The notes below the pieces were generated by a model. The model was not told the origin of the DNA, ran no database searches, and worked only from the letters and a program-made list of their open reading frames with translations. Positions 49,723 to 61,065 of a DNA stretch of 64,000 nt are shown here, piece after piece; position 1 is the stretch's first letter, and each line of letters starts with the position of its first letter. Made by a program: the position numbers and the translations under genes. Source of the DNA: Podarcis erhardii (taxonomy: Eukaryota); the NCBI GenBank assembly GCA_964252035.1, contig OZ176216.1. The stretch is one strand, 5' to 3'.

Positions 49723-50799
49723 TAATTCCTTGGAGGCTTTTAAGCAGAGCGAGCGTGGCCATCTGCCAGGGAATATTCCGTTGCGCTTTCTGCATTGCAG
49801 GGGGTTGGACTAGATGACTCCTGGGATCCCTTCCGAGGCTACAATTCTATGGCAGCCTAGGGTGGGGCAGCGCAAGATCCTGTCTGACCATCCAGAGGAT
49901 GTATGGGCACTGCAGACAACGGCCCTCAGCTTCTTGTAACTGTTTAGGGGGCTGGAGGCAGGGGAAGTGGCTGCCCCCCACGCCCCTCTGCTCCAGCCCC
50001 AGATGGCTATCTTGGAAAGGGAAAGAAGGGGGCCAGCCCACGCTCGCTGCCCTCCTTCACACGCATCCTGAACGCAGGGCCCAGGGCACCCAAGGCGGCC
50101 TTCTTCTTGACCAGGATTACTTCAATTTGCAAGCTAACAGTCTCCAGCTGCGAGAAGGCAGGAAATTTAACAGTAGTGCAAAGGCAGCCCTCTAAGCGCT
50201 GGTGTGAAGGCTGCTGAAGCCACACACAGGCACACACACAAACACACACAGACACACGCGCGCGCGCGCACACACACAAAAGGAGGGTGTGCTATAAAAA
50301 GAACAGGCACAGCCATTGCAGCCCCTGTTAATTCAAGCCCTGAAGACGCAGAACTTTGCAGAGCTGTCTCTTTTTTCCCTCAAACAACCCACCCCAAAAT
50401 ATTTTGGCTTCTTCAGTGCCTTTGGGTGCGTGTCTTTTTTGTGATGGTCAGAGGGAAGAGCAAAAAACAAAACAAAAACAAAGCACGCCCCCCCCCCAGT
50501 TGATAAAAGGAAACGAGGGAGACGCGGACAATTGAAAACTACCTAAAAGCTCGGGGAGAGGTTTATTTTATTAGTTCTTAATAAATATCTTGCAGATTTC
50601 CTGCAGGAAACACACCAGATCACATGTAGAATAGTTTGATACTGATGTCAACGGCATCGACATATGAAATCTATTAGGGGCGAAGCCACAGCAGGGCGAT
50701 CAGCGAGCAGAAAAGCTTCGCGGCACCAAGGCGAAAGGGGGGGGGGAGGGACTCTCACGGCCCTTCCAAATTCTTCGAGAGGTAAAAAAGTCAGCCAAG

Positions 50800-50834
<35 letters not shown>

Positions 50835-51568
50835 CCACATCCTGCTTTGGGCTGCCAGCAATCTGAAGTGCCCAGAGATTAATTCTATGTCTGGCCTGGA
50901 AATGTGACTTTAAAGCATCAGTTGGGGGGTGGGGGGGGAAGGTTGGGGGGAGGCCAGGCTAACTGGGGCTGGCATGGTGCCACCGGCTCCCCCCAACCCA
51001 TTCTGAGCCCCAGCCCCCCCCCCAGCCCCAGCCATGTTTCAATGTAGACAGCAGTAAACCCCAACAGACAGCAGATCTGGCTCCCTCCCTCTCTCTTGCG
51101 CTGCGCCAGCGACTCGGAGCAACAGCAGCTGCGCTGCGTCTCCCTTGGCAGGCGCAGATGGGCCGGAGTGCAGGGCTTCCGCTCACTGGCTGCTGCAGGC
51201 TTTTAAGAGGCAGGCGGGCAGGCAGGCTCAGCAGCCTGGGACGCAGCTCCCTCCCCATCCCATGTCCCCACCGGAGAGCTCCCCTCGGCTGCCGAGGATG
51301 CTCCGCTCAGGCCGGCATTGCTCAGGCAGGAAAATGGAGAGAGGAAAAGTTCAGGGGAGGCAGGTTGGATGCTGCAAAGAAAGGATGCTGCACTAGGAGG
51401 GCCTGATCCGGGGGGACTCTTTTCTTACAGAACCTCCAGGCCCAGAGGCAGTCTATCTAGAAGACCCCCAGGTTCTAAGGAGCACTGTGAGGCTAGGGTG
51501 CTGGGCCAGATGGGCCCCCTTGGGCCTCATCCAGATGCTGCAGGGCTCTTGGGGGTAGTGGTCCTGGG

Positions 51569-51606
<38 letters not shown>

Positions 51607-51712
51607 GCAGCATGGGATGGTGGTGAGAGAAACTCCCTCACAACAACCCTATGAGGTAGATCAGACAGAGGAAGAGCAGCCTTCTCCCAGGCCCCCCTTT
51701 GACACTCTAACC

Positions 51713-51850
51713 CAGCAGTTCTCCACCTGTGGGTCCCCAGATGTTGTTGGACTACAACTCCCATCATCCCTGAGCTCTGGCCTTGCTAGCTAGGGGTGAT
51801 GGGAGTTGTAGTTCAACAACATCTGGGGACCCACAGGTGGAGAAAGGCTG
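51713..51850. mobile_element. hAT MITE, 138 bp, almost fully palindromic, perfect 8-bp TSD
   Basis: 58-nt arms with 4 mismatches and a 22-nt spacer. TSD CTCTAACC at 51705-51712 and 51851-51858. Degraded relatives carrying the GACTACAACTCCC motif at ~17900-18050 and ~33540-33650. Confidence 0.93.
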
Positions 51851-53119
51851 CTCTAACCAGACAGGGCTTGCAAGGCAATCTGCCATGGCTTTTCAAAGGG
51901 GCCACCACAGTTCAGACTCTTCTCTGCGTAGCCCAGCATTGCAGGCTCTGACTGGCAGCAGCCCACCAGGGTCCTCAGGCAGAAAAGACCCCTTTCCCTA
52001 CCACCAGCTGCCGAGTCCCTTTTTGGCCGGAAATGGTAGGAATCAAACTCTGGAGCTTCCACGTGAAAGGAAGCTGCTCTGCCAGCCCCTCATAAGAATG
52101 CAGCTGGATCAGGCCAGAGGGGACCCAGCGCCTAGTCCAGCTTTCTGCCCCATGCGGAAGCCCACAAGCAGGAGTGGAGCACCACAGTGGGACTTGCCCC
52201 CCACTCTTGCTCTGCTCAGCAAGATGTGAGATGATGGCAAAGGGGGGCCCAGGAGGATTCTGGGAAACAGGCCCCGACAGACAAGGCAGGATTTAAGGGA
52301 GTCAGCCCGGCTGCTTTGCGGACCCCAAAGGGGCTGCTGCCCACAACCAGCTGGCAAGCGGACTCAGGGGACATCCCCTTCTCACAGTCACATGATGCAG
52401 GTTTACTCCTCCCAGACAAATGTAGGAAACGGCCTTCCTACTGAGACAGGCCGCCAGCTCATTTAGCTTGCAAGCGTTTGCACTGACTCCCCTGTATTGC
52501 TCAGCTCTACCTGGAGAGGCAGAGGACTGAACCACTCTCCCCCCCCCAATTATCTTTTTAAAGCCATCTAAACTGGTGCCCATCACAAGCTTTCGTGGGA
52601 GTCAATTCCATAGCTTAACTACCCAAGCGCTGCAACAGGGACAGGTCTTCCAGAGGTGTGGTTGGTCCAGCCCGCCCCAGTCTGAACAACTGACGGCCTT
52701 GTGGGCACCTTAAAAGACGGTGGCACAAACCTCTGTGGGAACAGTGGGTACGAGAGAGGAACCTCCGCAAATAAAGCTTTCCTTCCATCACGGAAACAAG
52801 CAAGGAAACCTTCGTTGATTAGGGTTTTTTGTTTTTAAATGCATCCTACCTTTTAAAAAAAATGGTTTCAAGGTATCTCAGACCTTGAAAAATGAAATGC
52901 AACCTAAAAAGCAAAAAATAAGTAAAAATGCAGCAGGCTTTGCCACCCTGGTGAGCTGCCCATTCAGATATACTGAATGGAGACTTTCCTGCTCTGGCCG
53001 CCCAGAACTTAACTGATGAATCAGCCTTTGTCAGCCTGGTGCTCTCTGTCTGCCCTGGGCTAAGGCACTGCTGGCCGGGGCTGGTCAGAGGTCATTTGGA
53101 GGGCACAAGGACTGAAACT

Positions 53120-53560
53120 TCTTCAGCACCTACTTCTGCATGCAGAAGGCCCCAGTTTCAGCCACCAGCATCATCAGTTAAAAATGGATCTTGAGCACGT
53201 AGGAAGCCGCCTGATGCAGAGTCCATCTAGCTCAGGGTGATCTTCACTGACTGGCAGTAACAGCTTTCCAGGGTTTTAGGCAGGAGTCTTTTCTTCAACT
53301 CTACACAGAGAAGTTGCCAGGGATGGAACCTAGGACCTTCTGCATGCAAAGCATGTGCACTACCGCTGAGCTACGGATGAGCAAGCTTCCAGGAAGTTAG
53401 GAAGCTGCCGTATACTGAGATCGTTGGCTCCCTTTAGCTCAGTACTGTCTTCACTGGCTGGCAGCAATGGCTCTCCAAGGTTTTAGGCAGGGGATGCTGA
53501 TGGGGACAGAACAGGGGACCTTCTGCATGCAAGACAGATGCTCTGCCACGGAGCTTCCCC
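53120..53560. mobile_element. Cluster of three tRNA-derived SINE copies: a partial head at ~53120-53190 (+), and two copies at ~53200-53375 (-) and ~53390-53560 (-)
   Basis: Repeated TGCATGCAGAAGG, GCTCAGTACTGTCT and CTGACTGGCAG motifs shared with 32281-32470. Confidence 0.7.
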
Positions 53561-54285
53561 AGTGATGGAAGGGTCCTCCTCCCCAGCCTGAGACCCTGGA
53601 GACCAGCTGCCAGTTGGAGCAGAGAACAGGGGGCTGCATGGACAAATAGCCCAATAAGGCAGCTGCCTCGTCTGCTGGCTGCAAGCAGGCGGCCCCAATC
53701 CCCGGCTACCTGCAAACACTCGGCATCCTCCCTGCTCCCACCCCAGCCCCACTTTGTCACTGCAGCTTTTCTGGTCCCCCCCCCCCCCGGCTCACCTGGG
53801 GTGTGGGTGAAGAGGTGCAGCGTGGAGACTGGGGTTTGAGAGCGGGGTTGGGGGCCACTTCCCCATGCGGCTCTTTCTGCTCCCAGGAGCCTGAGGTTAC
53901 GCTCAAATACTCCGGAGGGGCTAATTTTAAAAGGCCACTAAACCAAGGCTGCAGCAGATGAGCCGTCGTTATTTTTATAGGCGGCTGAGAAAACTGGACT
54001 CAGTTTGGGGCTTTCCGGTCCTGGTAGATGCCGCGTGGTTTGCACATCGAGGAGGAACTGGTAAAAAGACGTTGTGGACAGGCCTCCGAGGAACTCTGGG
54101 GAACCACAAGGGCCCTTCAGAAAGGGCAGGAGTCGGGCCTCGGTTTGGTGGGAGGGCTGTTGATTTGATTTATTTCATAAAATTAAGGCACAGCTTAACT
54201 TTTTTTAAAAAAGAAATCTCTCATAACAATTTGCAAAAAGAAATGTTATCAGTAAAAATAGTTAAAGCCAACTATTTAGTTCCAA

Positions 54286-54783
54286 ACCTAGACAGCACCT
54301 TAAAAAGCAGAGACATCACCTTGCCAACAAAGGCCCGTATAGTTAAAGCTCTGGTTTTCCCAGTAGTGATGTATGGAAGTGAGAGCTGGACCATAAAGAA
54401 GGCTGATCACCAAAGAATGGATGCTTTTGAATTCTGGTGCTGGAGGAGACTCTTGAGAGTCCCATGGACTGCAAGAAGATCAAACCTCTCCATTCTGAAG
54501 GAAATCAGCCCTGAGTGCTCACTGGAAGGACAGATCCTGAAGCTGAGGCTCCAAGACTTTGGCCACCTCATGAGAAGAGAAGACTCCCTGGAAAAGACCC
54601 TGATGTTGGGAAAGATGGAGGGCACAATGAGAAGGGGACGACAGAGGACGAGATGGTTGGATAGTGTTCTCGAAGCTACCAGCATGAGTTTGACTAAACT
54701 GCGGGAGGCAGTGGAAGACAGAAGTGCCTGGCGTGCTCTGGTCCAGGGGGGCCATGAAGAGTCGGACACGACTAAATGACAAC
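54286..54783 (+). mobile_element. RTE-BovB LINE, 5'-truncated 3' end (~498 bp), with 12-bp TSD
   Basis: The frame NLDSTLKSRDITLPTK...WCWRRLLRVPWTARRSN...LEKTLMLGKMEG...WRALV is the BovB ORF C-terminus, and the 3' end reads GAGTCGGACACGACT. TSD ATTTAGTTCCAA at 54274-54285 and 54784-54795. Confidence 0.95.
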
Positions 54784-57211
54784 ATTTAGTTCCAAGAATA
54801 AAACCAGCAATGAACTGAGAAGAGATTAAAATGTAAATCAACGTTCTACATGCCTGATATTACAGGGAGGTGCCCACACGGGGGCAGCTGAACTGTGGAA
54901 CTCACTGCCACAGGAAACAAGGATGGCCACCAACCAGGATGGCTTTGAAAGACAACTCATGGAGGGCTCCTAGCCATGATGGATGCTCTCTCTACCTCCG
55001 CAGTCGGAGGAGGCAACGATCCCAAACACAAGTTTCTGCAAACCGCAAGAGGGGTGTGTTGCTGTGGAGCACAGGCTTTCCACAGGGACACCTGGCTGGC
55101 CCGTGAGAACAGGTTGCTGGGCTAGACAGACCCACCTTGGCCTGATCCAGCGGCTGCTCTTCAGAGGCTCCTTCTCCACATAATACAGAGGGAGGGAGGG
55201 TCACCTGCTAAGCCCCATCGCCAGAAGGCCAGTGCAAGGCCTGCCATTTGTGCAACAGGGCTCCCCAACCCTGACCTCCCAAAATTGGCTCAGGGGAGAG
55301 GCTTCAGAGGAGTGTATGGGGGGAGGGGGTGTTGTTCTGCCCAGCAGGCCAAAAAGCTCGTGTGGACAGAGCAACTGCACCAGCACTATGCTGAACTCCA
55401 CCCTGGGAGTTGCTTAAGAGCAGCCAGATGGAGCCACAGCCTGAAGTTGGCTGGTTCGGGGGGGGGGGGCAGCTCTTGCCCTGCTCAGCTGGGAAGGGCA
55501 CAAAAAGGCCAGAAGATAAACTGCCTGGATATGTGTGTAAGACGTGCTGGGGGGGTGGGGATGGGGGTTTGCGGCGAAGGGAAGTGATCCCGGCGGTGGC
55601 CCTATGAACATCCCTCCAGTGATTTATAGGAAGTATAATCCAATAATATAGTAAAACAGAACAGTGTGTTTGAGATGGGTTTGATTCCAGGAATTATAAA
55701 ACAAATTATTAAAAAGGGGAAAGAGAGAGAGAGAGAAAGGGGGTGGGCTTTGGGGGTGGGAGAAAAGCCCCACCGAGACCAGATTGGAGTAAATTGGGCA
55801 CAGATGGGTGGGGGAGGGGGCTTGCAGGACTCCCCCCGCCGGAGATGCCCTGCCACAAGGCACGGCTTCAATTAACTCGCTTGCAAACTCCGTTCCAGCC
55901 ACCCCTCTCTCCCTGTGCCCAAATCACAGATCTTCCCCTAAAAAACACACCACCAACCACATTCTCCACGCGTCTGCGGTCAGGATAAAGGCACCCCCCA
56001 CTTCCCTGCCAGGCGGGTGTGCAGCTGGCTACCAAAGTGCCCAAGGAGGACACCTGGGGCAAGGTGTTGCGCTGGCCTCCTCCTGGACCTCCTGAGGGCA
56101 AAGGGAGCCCGCCAGCACCTTCTTCTGGAGAGAGAGACGGCATGCAAGGGACAGAGATTGCAGCTTCTGGGGTGGTGGTGGTGGGTGGCACTGTTCCGGA
56201 CTGCCAAGGAAATACCAAAAGGGGGCTGGCCAGGCATCACCTTCCCCTACAGCACTTTGAGGCGGAGTGGGGTGGGGGACAGGATGGGACCGTCAGTCAG
56301 CAAGATGCTAATGGAGGAGCAAGGAAGGAAGACCAAGGCTCAAAGGAAAGAAAAAGGTTGCACAAGCAATACTTTCTGGGTGCCACAGAGGACGACACAG
56401 CAGGAGAGCCACAGATCTGACCTGCTGACCCCAGGTCTGCTGGTGCTGCTCTCCTGTGAGGATGGCAGCCACAGCAGGGCGGCTACAGGGGGAGAATTTA
56501 GGGGAGGCCCAGGCAGGGCTCTTTCGGTGTGTCAGAGACAAGCACTGAAGAGGGCCCTTCCTTGGACCAAACCCACTGGCTGCTTCTGCCCATGAGGAAG
56601 CACAAAGGCAGCCTGCCTAGAGGTACTACATTGGGAATGGCAGGTGGGGAGTGCCCTGCTGTAGCCCTCGGGTCCTGCTGCTAGCTTCTTCCCCTAGGGG
56701 GCACCTGGTTGGCCATTGAAAGAATAGGATGCTGAAACAAGGTGGGCCCCCTTTGGCAGCAGGGCCAATTGCGATAGCAGAACCTCCATGCCCAGGGACA
56801 GTCTACCTCTGAATACCGGGTGATGGGCAACAACAACTAGAGAGATGTTGTAGCGCTCAGGTCCTGCTTGCAGGCTTCTTCCCATTGGCTGGCCACTGCA
56901 AAAACAGGCCGATAAACAAGCTGGCCTGATCCAGCTGGCTCAGGGCTCTCCTTAGGCTCTTATAAGCGCCTCTCCACACAGGAAGCAAATGGTCCCATGG
57001 GAACCCTGAGCTGGATGCTAACCAGCAAGAGTTGCTCTCAATATCTCAGTTCTGCCCGCTGGGGTTTTGGAATTCAGCAGTTTTCTCAACCTGTGACTTC
57101 CAAAGGGCCTCCTGGGCACCAGAGTTGTGTCCTACCCACAAACCCAGCACCTGAGGACCGAGGCCTGGGGCTCCTTCCTGACTCCTTCCCCCACCTGTCC
57201 CCCTCCAGTAC

Positions 57212-57357
57212 CTTTGGGCTGGGAGTTGTAGACAGCAAACATGTTGATGGCCATGAGTTGCAGCAGGCGGGTGCTTCCGATGGGCGAGGGGCTGTGCCCC
57301 AGCAGCACCCGGAACTCGCTCAGGACCTCAGCAGCCACAGCAGGGAAGGTCTCCATC
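57212..57357 (-). CDS. SMG6: SMG6 coding exon (~exon 10), 146 nt, METFPAVAAEVLSEFRVLLGHSPSPIGSTRLLQLMAINMFAVYNSQPK
   Basis: Acceptor ggtttcttcag|GATG and donor AAAG|gtactg. Length is 1+144+1 nt, and phases match both neighbours. Confidence 0.96.
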
Positions 57358-57457
57358 CTGAAGAAACCAAGGAAGGAGGGGAGGCATTGTTTGCGTTGCT
57401 CATTATTTGCATTGCATTAGTAACAACGCCGTTTGCATTGCATTGTTATTTCTATTA

Positions 57458-57709
57458 CAGTCATACCTCATGTTACGTTTGCTTCATGTTACATTCTTTC
57501 AGCTTATGTCCTGTGGCGACCTGGAAATACTGGAAAGGGTTACTTCCAGGTTTCGCCACTCGCGCATGTGCAAAAGTGCTAAATCGTGCTTTGTGCATAA
57601 GCGCCAGATCGCACTGCGCACCTGTGCAGATACGAAACTTCAGGTTGTGCTCTTTTCATGTTGCGAACAGGCCTCCGGAACGGATCCCATTCCAACCAGA
57701 GGTACCACT

Positions 57710-57710
<1 letters not shown>
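57458..57710. mobile_element. Tc1/mariner MITE, third family, 253 bp, ~100 nt from the exon at 57212-57357
   Basis: TIRs CAGTCATACCTC / CAGTGGTACCTC with TA on both sides. The right-hand TA runs into a (TAT)n tract. Confidence 0.82.

Positions 57711-57756
<46 letters not shown>
57711..57756. repeat. (TAT)n microsatellite, ~15 units
   Basis: Direct reading. Confidence 0.98.
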
Positions 57757-57758
<2 letters not shown>

Positions 57759-57859
57759 CTTATCTCGCAGTACAATTGCAAATAGACAATAATTATCGTA
57801 ACGACAACCTGGGAGCAGAGGAGCGCAAGTAAGATGATAAAAAGGGGGGGCAGGGAACC

Positions 57860-58225
57860 AAGTCTTGTGAGGAACATTTTAGGGAGCTGGGGATGTTTAG
57901 CCTGGAGAAGAGGAGATTCAGAGGAGAAACAAACTTGTTTTCTCCTGCTCTGGAGGGTGGGTCTCGAACCCATGGCTTCAAGTTACAAGAAAGGAGATTC
58001 CGACTCAGCATCAGGAAGAACTTTCTGACTGTAAGAGCCAGACGACAGAGGGATGAAGTCCCTCAGATGGTGGTGGCCTTTCCTTCCTTGGAGGTGTTTA
58101 AGCAGAGGCTGGGGGTGGGGGTGGGGAGCTTGTCAGGGATGCTTTAGCCACGATTTGTGCATTGCAAGGAGCTGGACTAGATGAACCTCAGGAGTCCCTT
58201 CCACCTCTACAATTCTACGGGGATG
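57860..58225 (+). mobile_element. CR1 3' end, short-UTR subfamily
   Basis: Peptide LGMFSLEKRRFRG...RTHGFKLQERRFRLSIRKNFLTVRA...FPSLEVFKQRL, followed by an ATTCTA tail. Confidence 0.9.
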
Positions 58226-58647
58226 AAAGATAACGGCAGAATCTGCTAGAAAGCCAGCTGTTGTGGAGACGTGGAGAGGTGTCGAATTAAGACTAGAGAG
58301 ACCAAGGTTCCAGTCCCCACTCAGCCACGAAACTCCCTGGGTGGCCTTGGGCCAGTCACTGCCTCTCAGCCTAGCCTACCTTGCAGGGCTGTTGATAAAA
58401 TGGGGAGAAGAACCATGTACGCCACCTTGAGCTCCTTGGCGGCAGGGTGGAATATAAATGTAATAAATAATAATAATGGGGTGTGGGGCAAGCAGGGGAG
58501 GCTGTGTGGGACTGAGAAAAGCAGCTATTTCTCAGCAACACTGGCCTACTTTATGGGGCTGCCGTCGAGATTTGCCGAGCACAAGGAGGCAAAGTACTTT
58601 GGTGAAGAGAAATTACCACTTTGACCCTACACGTGGTTACCACTGGA

Positions 58648-58649
<2 letters not shown>

Positions 58650-58685
<36 letters not shown>
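58650..58685. repeat. (TG)n microsatellite; other (CA)n tracts at ~47333-47372 and ~51570-51602, (AG)n at ~4443-4473 and ~50802-50829
   Basis: Direct reading. Confidence 0.95.
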
Positions 58686-58686
<1 letters not shown>

Positions 58687-59239
58687 TCAGTGAGTGAAAT
58701 CGCTTCCGTTGTTTTGTCACAGGAAACATGAGCACCTGCACTCTCATTCACAGCAGAGGGAGCTCTGCAGGTCGCCCAGATACGAAGCCAACTCAAACTC
58801 GGCCCTTGCAGGAGCTGGCGTGAACCCGTGGCCCTGCGGCCGTTGTTTGGACTCCAATTCCCAGCACACCCAGCAGCCAGCATGGCCAGTGGTCAGGGAC
58901 GGTGGAAGTCCGAGAGGGCACAGCCTGCAGCTGACTTCTTGGGCATCCTTATGGGAGGCTCCTTCTTCCTCACACCCAGGGAGGCTTCCCAAGAGGGGCA
59001 ACGCCAACTCCTCTGCCGTCACCCAAGAAGCAATGGCCACCCGAGGGAAAACCTGGGAGCCAAATGCTGTCCGGGGACAGCAGAATGAATGCTTGGCATG
59101 GGGGAGGTTCAATCCCCAGGCTTGCTACCCAGAATTCGGTAGCAAGTGAAAATGGGGGAGAAAGACGCTTCTCTGCCAGAGATCCTGGGGAGGCTCAGCC
59201 GGTCAGAGTGGAACATGCTGGGCTAGATGGACAAGACAA

Positions 59240-59600
59240 AGCGCACAGCAGAAGAGCCTGGTGGATCAGGGCCCTTGTGGTCCAGCGTTCTCTTCTCACA
59301 GAGGCCAACTAGGTGTTCCCCTGGGAAACCCACAAGCAGGATTGAAGCACAAGGGCAGCAGCCTCCCCTCCTGCGCTTCCCAGCAACAGAGACTCAGAAG
59401 CATCCCCATCTCCAGCTGTGGAGGCAGAGCAAAGCCCTCGAGAGCCTCCTCCTCCTCCATGAATTTGCCTAACCCCTTTAAAAAGCCACCCAAGCTGTTG
59501 GCCATCATGGCCTCATGTGGGAGGGAGTTCCACAGTTTAACTGTGCGCTGCACTAAGAGGGACTTCCTTTCCTCTGCTCGGCATTTCTCTGACAACCTGC
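59240..59600 (-). mobile_element. CR1 3' fragment
   Basis: Peptide RAEERKSLLVQRTVKLWNSLPHEAMMANSLGGFLKGLGKFME. Further copies at ~4990-5200 (-), 17300-17570 (-), 36830-37060 (-), 39920-40150 (+), 54860-55165 (+) and 62010-62335 (+). Confidence 0.85.
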
Positions 59601-60037
59601 CTCAGTTTGTCAGGAGCCAATCCCTGGAGGACACGATTTAGATCGGGGGGCATCAGACCTCAATGCTAAACAGAACCTCCACAGGCAGAGGCAGTCTAGC
59701 CCTGAACTCCGGGCGGCAGTGGGAAAATGGCACGAATGGACTTGGCTGGGGACGAATTTGTTCTGATAAAGGAGGGCAGCTGCTGTGCTGGACGAGGAGG
59801 GCCAGACCTGCGTCACTGCTGCGGTGGCGCTCCCAGCCCCGGCCGGAGTGCTGACCCTCTCCCTCGCCCCCACCCGCCCCGCCCTCCAGAGCCGGCCTGG
59901 GAGGGGGAGGGAGGAGGAGGAGGCGGCTTCACACCCTGTGCCCTCCGCTCCAAACACAAGCCCAGTTGCTAACAATATTGGAATTCCAAAAGGCCTCGTA
60001 ATGTAGGAAAAATAAAACAAACATCCTGCAGCCTTAC

Positions 60038-60099
60038 CCAATCCTGGTAAACAGCTTCCCATGGGCATGGAGAAAACTCAGGACGAACCTTTTGTTCAG
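60038..60099 (-). CDS. SMG6: SMG6 coding exon (~human exon 9), 62 nt, LNKRFVLSFLHAHGKLFTRI(G)
   Basis: Acceptor ctctttcccatgcag|CTG and donor ATTGG|gtaagg. Ends in phase 2; GG plus the first G of the next exon gives Gly. Peptide is near-identical to SMG6. Confidence 0.95.
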
Positions 60100-60918
60100 C
60101 TGCATGGGAAAGAGGGGGGGAAAGCAGAGAGAGAGAGAAAAGATGATGTTGAAGAAGATGAGAAAACAATTTGAACGCTCCCTTTTCCTGTGAACGAGCC
60201 CAGAGTCCCGGGTGACAGGATAACCTGGCCTGGGATGTGCAGAGGGGGGTGGAGGGGCGGCAGATGGGAACCAAATGTCTGTGCCCCGGCCCTCCAAGCG
60301 CGAGGGCAAGTGCCAGACAGCTGCATTTTTTGAGGGGGGAGCCGTGCTAGGCCCACGGCACCCTCTGCTGGTGGACAAGGTTCTCTGCAAGTGACGGGAG
60401 CATGTGTGCAAGGAATCCCAGGGGTGCCCACCTACCACCACTTTCCAGAGGGGAATGCGAGGGCAACACGTAAGGACCTAAGAAGAGCCTTGAGGCTGGG
60501 TCAGGCCAGTCCAACAACCTGTCCTCAGTGGCCAAAGCAGGACCTGAGCCCAACAGCAGCAACTCTCCAGTTGTCCCCATCCTCTGGTTTTCCGAGGCAG
60601 ACTGTCCCTGGGCATGGATGGAGGTTCTGATTTCACAATAGGGCTTCCTAAGAGCCTGGCTGGAGCAGGCCAAAGGGGGCCCATCCAGTCCAGCCTTCCC
60701 AGTGGCCTTCCAGATACCCCAGAGGGAAGCCCGAGAGTGGGGCCTGGGCAATGACAACTCTCCCCATCCTGTTATTCACACCATCCCCGTAACGCATTCT
60801 TAAACCACTTGAACAGTCACGGCTTCCCCCAAAGTGTCCTGGGAACTACAGTTTGCTGGAGGGCGTCCTACAGGCTTGGCCTGAGGCAAAGGTCATTCTT
60901 AGGCTGAATGGGAGGTGC

Positions 60919-61065
60919 AATCACAGAATTGCAGAGTTGGAAGGGACCCGAGGCACATCTAGTCCAGCCCCTGGCAATGCAGGAATCCTTTGCCCAATGT
61001 GGGGCTCAAACCCACAACCCTGAGATTTAAGAGTCTCACGCTCTACCAACTGAACAAAACAGAGC
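60919..61065 (-). mobile_element. tRNA-Lys(CTT)-derived SINE with CR1-type tail
   Basis: The minus strand GTTCAGTTGGTAGAGCGTGAGACTCTTAAATCTCAGGGTTGTGGGTTTGAGCCCCACATTGGGCA aligns to tRNA-Lys-CTT and is fused directly to the CR1 tail GATTCCTGCATTGC...CCCTTCCAACTCTGCAATTCTGTGATT. Confidence 0.85.

Noticed and set aside
52960-52980. Short perfect hairpins (CCATTCAG-atata-CTGAATGG; GTAGGAA-acggcc-TTCCTAC near 52421)
   Set aside because: Stems of 7-8 bp occur by chance at this window size, and there is no snoRNA or miRNA context.
53958-54285. N-terminal half of the 273-aa ORF 53958-54779 as a chimeric gene
   Set aside because: Only the part after the TSD (54286 onward) is BovB. The upstream part is flanking intron that happens to be open, with no splice or domain support.
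56997-57785. 262-aa plus-strand ORF with a poly-Tyr tail
   Set aside because: It is antisense to an SMG6 exon, runs through a MITE, and the Tyr run is the (TAT)n microsatellite.
60991-61065. Functional tRNA-Lys gene
   Set aside because: Degenerate 5' acceptor stem, an extra base in the anticodon loop, a mutated B box (GGTTTGA), no poly-T terminator, and fusion to a CR1 tail point to a SINE or pseudogene.
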